Positions 16,701 through 24,131 of a stretch of 26,391 bases of DNA are shown here, one piece after another (the first letter of the stretch is position 1; each line of letters opens with the position of its first letter). A program made the position numbers and the translations under genes. The notes under the pieces were generated by a model that saw only the letters and a program-made list of their open reading frames with translations, did not search any database and was not told where the DNA came from. Source of the DNA: Candidatus Limnocylindrales bacterium (GTDB lineage: Bacteria; Chloroflexota; Limnocylindria; Limnocylindrales; CSP1-4); the NCBI GenBank assembly GCA_044449585.1, contig JBIOID010000001.1, positions 1 through 26,391 on the forward strand, in the 5' to 3' direction.

Positions 16701-18005
16701 TCAGCGCAGGGGGATCCTGACCGTGAACCGGGCGCCCCCGCCTGGTTCATCGCCGACGACGATGGTGCCCCCATGTCGCTGGGCGACCGTTCGTGCGACG
16801 GCCAGCCCGAGGCCCGTCCCCTCGGCGCGCTCGCGCCGCCCGCCGGCCGCGCGAACGAACGGTTCGAAGATCCGTTCGCGGTCACCGGCAGGGACGCCTG
16901 GCCCCCGATCGCCTACCGATACCCAGCCGAAGCCGCGGTCACGACCCATGTCGACGGTGACCGTCGAGCCGTGGGGCGAATGGCGCGTGGCATTGTCCAG
17001 CAGCACCAGCATGACCTGGAGCAAGCGGTCGGCGTCGCCGCTGATCGGCAGCGCCGGGGGTGGGTCGGCCGCGACGGCCACCGTGCACCCGCGTTCCGCC
17101 CCGAGCGGCGCCACCCGGGCGACGGCGTCGACCGCGATCGCCGCAAGGTCGAGTGGTTCGAGGTGGACGACACTGGGATCGACGCGCGAGACCGACAGGG
17201 CGAGCAGACCCGCCACCAACCGGCTCAGCCGATCGGCTTCGGCCACGATGCCCGTCACGAGGGCCGCGCCCTCGGGTCGCACCAGCGCCTCGCGCTGCAG
17301 CACCTCGCCCGAGGCGTGGATGATGGCCGCCGGGGTGCGCAACTCGTGGGACGCGGCGGCCACGAACCGTCGCTCGGTCGCGAACGCGGCCCGGATCGGG
17401 ACGAGCGCGCGGCCAGTCAGGAGCAGGGCGAGCAGGGCGGCACAGGCCAGGCCGACGAGACCCACGAGGGTCACCGTGCCCACCAGGTCAGACGCCTGCC
17501 GGTCGTGCAGGGTGAGGATGAGACCGGCCTGGACGGCGCCGATCGCGGCCGCCCCGTCGGACGAGGGGATCGCGAGCGTCAGCAGTCGGACCGGCAGCCC
17601 CCCGGCCGTGACCGTGCGCAGATCTGATCCGGCCGCCAATGCGTGCGACAGCGCGGCCCTATCGGGCAGACCTGCCAGCCGGATGCCCCGCGGGTTCTGC
17701 ACCACGTGGCCGGAGGGGTCGAGCACCGTCACGAATGTGTCTGACGAGCCGACCGGCTCGTCGCTGGTCGCCGTCTCGCTGTCGCCGCCGTCAGCCCCGG
17801 GAAGCTGTCCCTCCAGGCCAGTCAGGGCGTTCTGCGCGGTCGACCGCAGGGCGGCGTCCGTCGCGGCGTCGAGCTGGGCCGTGACCACCACGACCGTCGC
17901 GACCCCCATCGCGACCAGCAGAGCGGCGAGCAGACCGAGCGTCAAGAGCGCCAGTCGGCGACGCGTCGAAACGAGCAGGCGCTCGGTGGGATCGCGCACG
18001 GTCAC
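16701..18005 (-). CDS. Sensor histidine kinase (module B), 434 aa
   Basis: Two TM helices, H-box AAASHELRTP, LLDNATRH, DRGPGVP and GTGLGLAV. GTGA overlap with the RR. Confidence 0.95.
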   Translation of the reverse strand: MTVRDPTERLLVSTRRRLALLTLGLLAALLVAMGVATVVVVTAQLDAATDAALRSTAQNALTGLEGQLPGADGGDSETATSDEPVGSSDTFVTVLDPSGHVVQNPRGIRLAGLPDRAALSHALAAGSDLRTVTAGGLPVRLLTLAIPSSDGAAAIGAVQAGLILTLHDRQASDLVGTVTLVGLVGLACAALLALLLTGRALVPIRAAFATERRFVAAASHELRTPAAIIHASGEVLQREALVRPEGAALVTGIVAEADRLSRLVAGLLALSVSRVDPSVVHLEPLDLAAIAVDAVARVAPLGAERGCTVAVAADPPPALPISGDADRLLQVMLVLLDNATRHSPHGSTVTVDMGRDRGFGWVSVGDRGPGVPAGDRERIFEPFVRAAGGRRERAEGTGLGLAVARTVAQRHGGTIVVGDEPGGGARFTVRIPLR

Positions 18006-18673
18006 GCCTCACTGAGCGTATAGCCGACACCGCGCACGGTGCGCAGTCGCCGGCCACGGCCGAGCGTCGCCAGCTTCCGGCGAAGGTAGGAGACGTACAG
18101 GTCGACGACGTTCGAGTAGACGTCCGGCTCGGCGCCCCACACCGCATCGAGGATCTGGCGACGACTCAGCACGCGCCCCGCGTTGCGGATGAGGTACGCG
18201 AGCAAGGCGAACTCACGCGCCGTCAGCTCGACGCTGGCGTCGCCGACGCGGGCGACGTGGCGTTGCTGATCCAGCTCGATGTCGCCGGCCACCAACCGTT
18301 CCTCGGCGGTCGCGACCGGCCGCCGGCCGAGTGCACGAAGTCGCGCCAGGAGCTCGGCGAAGGCGAACGGCTTGGTCAGGTAATCATCTGCCCCGGCGTC
18401 GAGGCCGACGACCCGCTGCTCGACCGAGCCGAGGGCCGTCAGCATGAGCACGGGCGTCCGATCGCCGCGTCCGCGCAGGAGCTGGAGCACCTCGGTACCA
18501 TCCAGGTCGGGCAGCATGCGGTCGAGGACGATGGCGTCGTAGCCGCCGTTGCCAGCCAGCGCCAGCCCTGCCACCGCGTCCTCGGCGAGGTCGACCCCGA
18601 AGCGCTCAGCGACCAGCACCCGGCGGATCAATTCCCCCATCCGGGGCTCATCCTCGACGATCAGGACACGCAT
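18002..18673 (-). CDS. OmpR-family response regulator (module B), 223 aa
   Basis: MRVLIVEDE, VLDRMLPD, LMLTALG, GADDYLTKPF, VVDLYVSYLRRKL and TVRGVGY. Confidence 0.95.
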   Translation of the reverse strand: MRVLIVEDEPRMGELIRRVLVAERFGVDLAEDAVAGLALAGNGGYDAIVLDRMLPDLDGTEVLQLLRGRGDRTPVLMLTALGSVEQRVVGLDAGADDYLTKPFAFAELLARLRALGRRPVATAEERLVAGDIELDQQRHVARVGDASVELTAREFALLAYLIRNAGRVLSRRQILDAVWGAEPDVYSNVVDLYVSYLRRKLATLGRGRRLRTVRGVGYTLSEA

Positions 18674-18758
18674 CACCTCATCGTTGGGAGCTGGCGCCGG
18701 GCGGTCAACGTCCGAACGGCCCCTTTTCGGGGGAGCGTCCGGTCACCTGGGCGAGCGT

Positions 18759-19622
18759 TCACGCCGCCCGCGGTGCGCCCACGGCGACGGGCCAGTAGTT
18801 CTCGACGATGATGGCGGCGGTGGGGAAGCCGCATGCCACCAGGGCCGCCGTTGCCGCGGTGATCGCTTCAGGGTTGCCGCAGAGATAGGCGATCGTGCGG
18901 TCCGGGTCGACCGCTGATCGTTCGCAGACGCTGGCCAGGATCCCGTCGATGCGCCCGGTCAGGCCGGTCCACTCGCGGTTGTCGGGGTGCGCGGGTCGCG
19001 AGACCACCGGGATGTAGCGCAGCCGGGGATCGGTCTCGGCCCGACGCGCGAGCTCGTCCCGATACGCCAGTTCCGCCACGTAGGCGACGCCGTGGACGAC
19101 CACGGCGCTGGGCCGGATGCCACCGTCGGGCACGGACAGGACCGTCTCGAGCATCGAGCGCATGGGCGCCAGGCCCGTACCGGTCGCGATGAAGAGGTGC
19201 GCACGAGGATCCTGGGAGCGCAGGACGAAGAGGCCCTTGGGCTTCCCGATGCGGACGCGGGCGCCGACCGGCAATGTCCAAAGCCGCGGCGTCAGCGCGC
19301 CGCTCGCGACGCGCCGGATCAGGAACTCGAGGCTTTTGGACGGGCCCGGCACCGACGCGGTCGAGTAGGGCCGTTGCAGCAGATGGCCGTCGAGCAGCAG
19401 GCCAAGCGCGAGGTATTGACCGGGCTCGAAACGCGGGACGCCATCGTCCGGCCTGATCCAGAAGCGAGCGACGGATGGTGTGAGATCGACCCGGCGGACC
19501 AGCGTGGCATTCGGGACAGCGGCCCCCACCGCCGCGGCTCGGGTGGTGACTCCGCCGATGGCGTGCACGGGTTCGTCCCACGCACCGGCAGCGTCCCTCG
19601 TGACCATCGCCTCGACGCTCAT
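18759..19622 (-). CDS. Ferredoxin-NAD(P)+ reductase-like FAD/NAD(P)-binding oxidoreductase, 287 aa
   Basis: FEPGQY, RPYST (FAD), GALT, IATGTGLAPM, YLCGNP and ENYW. The ATG at 19622 overlaps the ferredoxin stop (ATGA). Confidence 0.92.
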   Translation of the reverse strand: MSVEAMVTRDAAGAWDEPVHAIGGVTTRAAAVGAAVPNATLVRRVDLTPSVARFWIRPDDGVPRFEPGQYLALGLLLDGHLLQRPYSTASVPGPSKSLEFLIRRVASGALTPRLWTLPVGARVRIGKPKGLFVLRSQDPRAHLFIATGTGLAPMRSMLETVLSVPDGGIRPSAVVVHGVAYVAELAYRDELARRAETDPRLRYIPVVSRPAHPDNREWTGLTGRIDGILASVCERSAVDPDRTIAYLCGNPEAITAATAALVACGFPTAAIIVENYWPVAVGAPRAA

Positions 19623-19909
19623 GCGGCGGGCATCAGGGCGTCGACGGCGGCGCGCGCGGCGTCGGGGTCCCGGTAGAACGACGCCTCGACGCGCGCGTAG
19701 GCGGCCCACTCGGCCGGTAGCGCATCGATGCGGAAGATGGCGCCATTGGGACACGCCGCTTCGCACGATCCACAGTCGATGCACCCGCCCGGGTCGACGT
19801 AGAACTTGCGGTCGATGTCAGGGTCGGCGCTGATGCAGTCGACCGGGCAGACGGCCACGCAGGACTGGTCCATATGATCGATGCACGGTTCGGCGATGAC
19901 GTAGGCCAT
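19619..19909 (-). CDS. fdxA: 7Fe (3Fe-4S + 4Fe-4S) FdxA-type ferredoxin, 96 aa
   Basis: MAYVIAEPCIDHMDQSCVAVCPVDCI...CIDCGSCEAACP with a C-terminal helical extension. RBS AAGGAGG. Confidence 0.9.
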   Translation of the reverse strand: MAYVIAEPCIDHMDQSCVAVCPVDCISADPDIDRKFYVDPGGCIDCGSCEAACPNGAIFRIDALPAEWAAYARVEASFYRDPDAARAAVDALMPAA

Positions 19910-19921
19910 GGTGGGACCTCC

Positions 19922-20674
19922 TTACACGGGATGAGCGGCGGACGCCAGGCGCGGCTGCGCAAGGGCGATGACCACCCGGTAGACGAAGAAGAAGACGACG
20001 AGGGCGCACGGCACCAGGTACGACCAATACGCCCAACCGGCGCCGCTGTCCGATCCGGACGCGATGCCGTGGGCGGTGACCCCCAGGAAGCCGGCGAAGG
20101 TCAGGTAGTGGATGAGGCGCCAGGCGCGCTGCCCGATCCGGCGGCGCACGTAGAAGCTGCCCGTCACGATGGCGATGACATAGAACGCCAGCTGGCCGAT
20201 GCCGACCGCGACCGGCGCATAGGGCGACGCGAACGGCACGGCGATGGCGACAGGTGTGAACGCATACGTGTGGTCGCCCAGGAGCAGGAGCCCGTGCAGC
20301 GCCGACAACGCCAGCCCGACCAGCGCCAGGTCCTTGTGCAGGGCGAAGCTCACCGGTCGATGGGCGATCCGGTCAAGGAGCTTGGTCGAGAGCAGCAGGC
20401 CGTAGGTGACCGACCCGGCCACCGCGAAGTAGGCCAGGAAGCCGGTGGCACGCACGGCATACCAGGCGATGTTGGCCGGCGTGATGGCGGCCGCCGTCGC
20501 CAGTGTCGACAGCGCGCCAGGCAGCGTCGCTCCGATGACGATGCCGAGCATGGCGCCGTAGGTGAGCGCGACCGCGACCGCCACTGGGCGCGGGAGCCCG
20601 CGATAGACCGGGACGCGGGCTGCGGCTCGGCCGGCCGGTGCGCCGGTGCTCGTTGCGGGGGTGGGCGGGGGCAT
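19922..20674 (-). CDS. Ferric-reductase-like / MsrQ-like di-heme b membrane cytochrome, copy B, about 250 aa
   Basis: WYAVRATG, His pairs LHKDLALVGLALSALH (i, i+14) and IHYLTFAGFLGVTAH (i, i+13), and GIASGSD. It has an extra N-terminal TM compared with copy A. Confidence 0.9.
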   Translation of the reverse strand: MPPPTPATSTGAPAGRAAARVPVYRGLPRPVAVAVALTYGAMLGIVIGATLPGALSTLATAAAITPANIAWYAVRATGFLAYFAVAGSVTYGLLLSTKLLDRIAHRPVSFALHKDLALVGLALSALHGLLLLGDHTYAFTPVAIAVPFASPYAPVAVGIGQLAFYVIAIVTGSFYVRRRIGQRAWRLIHYLTFAGFLGVTAHGIASGSDSGAGWAYWSYLVPCALVVFFFVYRVVIALAQPRLASAAHPV

Positions 20675-20687
20675 CTCGCGACTCGCT

Positions 20688-21659
20688 CTAGGCCGCAAGG
20701 AGCGCCAGCGTGCCGGGCAGGGCCAACGTCTCGTGACGCTCGGTCAGGATGACCGCCCCGTCCACACCCGCCCGTTCGAGCCGGGTGAGTCCGTCGTGGG
20801 AGCCGGCGATGACGGTCGCCTTCGCGAACGCCTCGGCCTGCAGCGCGGTCGCACAGATGACGGTGGCCTGGATGATGTCCGTGACTGCCGGCTGACGCGT
20901 GCGCGGATCGATGAGATGGTGACGGACGCGGCCGTCACGGTGCCAGCGGTGGACGGACGTACCCGATGTCGCCACGCCCCAGCGGCTCGGCCACCCGTCG
21001 TCCTGGGCATCGAGATGGAGGATGGCCAGGGTCGCTTCGGCGGCACGCGGGTCGTCGACGGCCACCTCCCAGCGCTGCCCCGAAGCGCCCCGTATCGCGA
21101 GGTCGCCATCGGCGTCGATCACGACGCTCGGCCACGAGGTGAGGAGGGCAAGGGCACGGTCGGCGAGCCAACCCTTGGCGATGCCGCCGAGGTCGAACCG
21201 CAGGCCCGCCGGCCGCTGCACGACCGCTCCGCGGCGCAGATCGGGCGTGACCGACCAGCGACCGGAAGCCGGCCCATGCGAACGGGCAGCGAGCAGCCCC
21301 TCGGCCGCCAACCGCTCGTCGAGCAGGGTGACGTCGACGAGGCCGTCGCCCAGGCGCTGAGCCGAGGCCCCGGCGGCCAAGGCCGCTGCGAGGGTCGGCC
21401 CGACGAGCACCTCCGAACCCGGCGCCGCGTTGAGCCGGGACAGTTCGGACGTGTCGAGGTGCCGGCTCAGGCGGTCACCCCAGTGGCACATCCGGGCCAG
21501 CACCCGCTGGGCATCACGACCGGCGCGTACCGCATCGGTCGACGCGATGTGGACCGCGAGCCGGCCACCCATGGCCGACGTCGTCTCCGAGATCGGGGCG
21601 ATCGGCTCGCGGATCGAACCGTGACGCGTCTTGGTCGCTCGAGGATGAGCCGATCCCAT
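20688..21659 (-). CDS. apbE: FAD:protein FMN transferase (ApbE family), copy B, 323 aa
   Basis: AMGG, LSRHLDTSELSRLN, FDLGGIAKGWLAD, DADGDL, GVATSGT and HHLIDPRT. The ATG at 21659 overlaps the upstream stop (TGATG). Confidence 0.93.
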   Translation of the reverse strand: MGSAHPRATKTRHGSIREPIAPISETTSAMGGRLAVHIASTDAVRAGRDAQRVLARMCHWGDRLSRHLDTSELSRLNAAPGSEVLVGPTLAAALAAGASAQRLGDGLVDVTLLDERLAAEGLLAARSHGPASGRWSVTPDLRRGAVVQRPAGLRFDLGGIAKGWLADRALALLTSWPSVVIDADGDLAIRGASGQRWEVAVDDPRAAEATLAILHLDAQDDGWPSRWGVATSGTSVHRWHRDGRVRHHLIDPRTRQPAVTDIIQATVICATALQAEAFAKATVIAGSHDGLTRLERAGVDGAVILTERHETLALPGTLALLAA

Positions 21660-22030
21660 CACGGGATCACCTTGCCGGACTGGGTCGTGCGCACCACCAC
21701 GGTCCTCTGGGCGGGTGCGGGTACGCGCGTCACGATCGTGATCGGGCGTGGTGCCTGGGCATCGATGACCGTCGCGCCCGGGGGCGGGGACTGGCCCGGC
21801 GCCAGCTGGACATACTGGATCGGCGTTTGCTGGGTGAGCGTGGCCGAGGTGGCGGACGTCGACCCAGGTGCGGTCGCTGCCGCGGAGGGAGGGACCACGA
21901 TGGCCGCGACGAGGGCCGACAGCGCCGCCGCCCCCGCCATGCCGACGGCGATGCGCAGTTGCGTCGGGTCCGGCCGCGCGGCGGTCGGCCGTACGGGCCG
22001 TGTCGGGGGGATCACCGGTCGCGTGTCCAT
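21659..22030 (-). CDS. Small single-TM Pro/Thr-rich protein ending VRTTQSGKVIP, 123 aa
   Basis: One hydrophobic helix IAVGMAGAAALSALVAAIVV. TGATG overlaps with both neighbours, indicating translational coupling. Confidence 0.78.
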   Translation of the reverse strand: MDTRPVIPPTRPVRPTAARPDPTQLRIAVGMAGAAALSALVAAIVVPPSAAATAPGSTSATSATLTQQTPIQYVQLAPGQSPPPGATVIDAQAPRPITIVTRVPAPAQRTVVVRTTQSGKVIP

Positions 22031-22356
22031 CAGCCGCCGCCGTCCTGCCCGTCGTCCCCGGGCTCACCGCCGGCGCCGGCCACCACGACGTGGACCACCT
22101 TCGGGGGGGCCGCGGGCGCCGCCTGCGTGACGTTGATGACCTGGGGCGGAGGCGCCGGCCGGACGTATACCAATTGCGGTGCCACCGACCCACCCGCGCT
22201 CGAAGGCGATGTCCCGTCCCCGACGGATCCGATCAGACCAGCCGACGGGGACGATGACGTCGCCTGGGAGCCGTGGGCGAGCCCGGCGCCGCCGACCGTC
22301 GCGACCACGGCGACAGTGGCCACGATCAGGGCGATGCGGTGAGCGGAGATGTCCAT
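22030..22356 (-). CDS. Small signal-peptide/TM protein with a Ser/Pro-rich body and a Gly/Asp tail, 108 aa
   Basis: MDISAHRIALIVATVAVVATVGGAGLA..., RBS AGAGGAAG, -10-like TAGCTT (22405-22400) and a TGATG overlap with the next gene. Confidence 0.75.
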   Translation of the reverse strand: MDISAHRIALIVATVAVVATVGGAGLAHGSQATSSSPSAGLIGSVGDGTSPSSAGGSVAPQLVYVRPAPPPQVINVTQAAPAAPPKVVHVVVAGAGGEPGDDGQDGGG

Positions 22357-22647
22357 GCGGTAGCTTCCTCTATTCGGCCGCGAGCCCGGCTTCACGAAGA
22401 AGCTAGTCGTCCAACCTGTGTCGCCACCTTGGACGAACGTGAGAAGACGCTCATGGGATGTGCTCGCCACTCGGAGGTCAGGGTCTGCCATGTGCCGACC
22501 CGCCTCTCAGGTAGTCAGAGGCCTGGCCGCGCCGGAAGGTTTCGGCGCACTTGGCGATACGCCCCACGTGACGGCGGCGATCGAGGCGCCGACAAAGCCC
22601 TCGCCCACGACTCGGTCGCCAGGCTCCGACCTGCTGGCGTGCGAGGA

Positions 22648-24090
22648 TCAGAGCACGAGTTCCTCTTCCGCTTCGGCCCGCACCCCGGCCGATACCGGCT
22701 CGCCCCACACCTCGCCGACCTCCTCGCCGGGCCGGGTTCGCGTCCGGCGCATGCTGATCTCGATGACGTCGTGGGCCAGCACCAGCTCGAGCGCCCAATC
22801 CAGCGCGACCCGCAGGCGGCGGTCGCGGCTCGGCAGGCGCAGCAGGTAGTAGGTCCGCCAGAGGAACCAGGCCACGAAGCCGGAGACCTTGATGCCCAGG
22901 ACCTCGCCGACGCCGTTGAAGCGGCCGAGCGAGACCAGCATGCCCTGCTGACCATAGTCGAACGGTAGTGGTCGCCCACCGTCGAGGACGGCCAGGATGT
23001 TGCGCGCCGCATGTGGCCCCTCGCGCACGGCATGCTGTGCAGTGGCCGGCATCGGCCGCCCGGTCCGCGGGTCGAGGATCGAGGCGCAGTCCCCGAGCGC
23101 CCACACCCGGTCGAGCCCCGGCACGGCGAAGGTGGCATCCGGCCGGATCCAGCCACTGGCTTCCACCGATCCGCCGAGACGGGCGACGACCGGATGGGGG
23201 GCATTCCCGACCGTGCTGACGACCGTTGCGGTCGCGATGGACGTCCCGTCGTCAAGCTCCACCCGGTCCGCCTCCACGCGCACCAGGCGATGCTTGAGCA
23301 CGAGTCTCACCCCGGCCCGCCCGAGCTTCCGCGTGGCATACCGGGCCAGCCGCTCCCCGAACTCGGAGAGCACGTTCGCCCGGCTGTGGACGAGCACGAC
23401 TTCCGGCTCCGGGAGGTTGGTGAAGGTCCGCCGCGCCGTGCGCAGCAGGTCCTCGAGCTCGGCTGCGACCTCCACCCCGGTCGATCCGCCACCGACGACC
23501 ACGAACGTAAGGAGGGCTTTCTGCCGCTCGGGATCCAGCTCGCTGGCGGCCTCCTCCAGCATCGACAGGGCCCGGTTCCGAAGGTAGAACGCATCCCCCA
23601 GGCTGCGCACTCCGATGGCGTGATCAGCCATGCCGGGTACCGTGTCGAAGTCGGTCACGCTTCCCAGCGCGACGACCAGCGCGTCGTAGTCCACGGTGAA
23701 CCGGGCATCGCTCTGTCGTCGCCGGATCTGGACACGCCGGCGGACCGGGTCGATCTCTTCGACGTTCCCGACTTCGACCTCGACGCCTCGCAGCATCCGT
23801 CGCAGGGGGACCACCACGTGCGTGGTCTCGATGGCCCCCGAGACGATGTCGGCGAGCAGCGGCTGGAAGACGAAGTAGTTGTCCCGGCTGATCAGGGTCA
23901 CGGAGACCGGGCCGCCCGGGGCGGCCATCGAGTCGCGAGCGCCCGGTCGGTGGCTGTCCGCGAGCCGACCCTGGCGGCGAAGTCGTCGGACCAGCTCCTG
24001 CGCCGCGGAGACGCCCGCGAATCCGCCCCCGAGCACGACGATGTGCTGGACGCGTGGCGAGCGCGATCGCTCGGTGGCCGACGATCCCAC
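22648..24090 (-). CDS. ndh: NAD(P)/FAD-dependent oxidoreductase of the type II NADH dehydrogenase (NDH-2) family, about 480 aa
   Basis: IVVLGGGFAG, YFVFQPLL, YDALVVALGS, VVGGGSTGVEVAAE, WALGDCA, ATAQHAVREG and WRTYYLLRLP. GTG start at 24090 after AAGGGAGA. Confidence 0.88.
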   Translation of the reverse strand: MGSSATERSRSPRVQHIVVLGGGFAGVSAAQELVRRLRRQGRLADSHRPGARDSMAAPGGPVSVTLISRDNYFVFQPLLADIVSGAIETTHVVVPLRRMLRGVEVEVGNVEEIDPVRRRVQIRRRQSDARFTVDYDALVVALGSVTDFDTVPGMADHAIGVRSLGDAFYLRNRALSMLEEAASELDPERQKALLTFVVVGGGSTGVEVAAELEDLLRTARRTFTNLPEPEVVLVHSRANVLSEFGERLARYATRKLGRAGVRLVLKHRLVRVEADRVELDDGTSIATATVVSTVGNAPHPVVARLGGSVEASGWIRPDATFAVPGLDRVWALGDCASILDPRTGRPMPATAQHAVREGPHAARNILAVLDGGRPLPFDYGQQGMLVSLGRFNGVGEVLGIKVSGFVAWFLWRTYYLLRLPSRDRRLRVALDWALELVLAHDVIEISMRRTRTRPGEEVGEVWGEPVSAGVRAEAEEELVL

Positions 24091-24131
24091 GTTTGGTCTC
24101 CCTTCAGCAGCCGGCGGCGCGACCGACCACC

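Noticed and set aside
11680-18719. Recurring GTCCGAACGG at 11680, 16238 and 18710
   Set aside because: 10-12-mer matches are expected many times by chance in 26 kb of GC-rich DNA. One copy is in coding sequence, orientation relative to genes is inconsistent, and no GTTC half-site makes it a LexA box.
13142-21659. Recent inverted duplication producing modules A and B
   Set aside because: The paralogues share only family motifs, gene order and partners differ, and I saw no long nucleotide inverted repeat.
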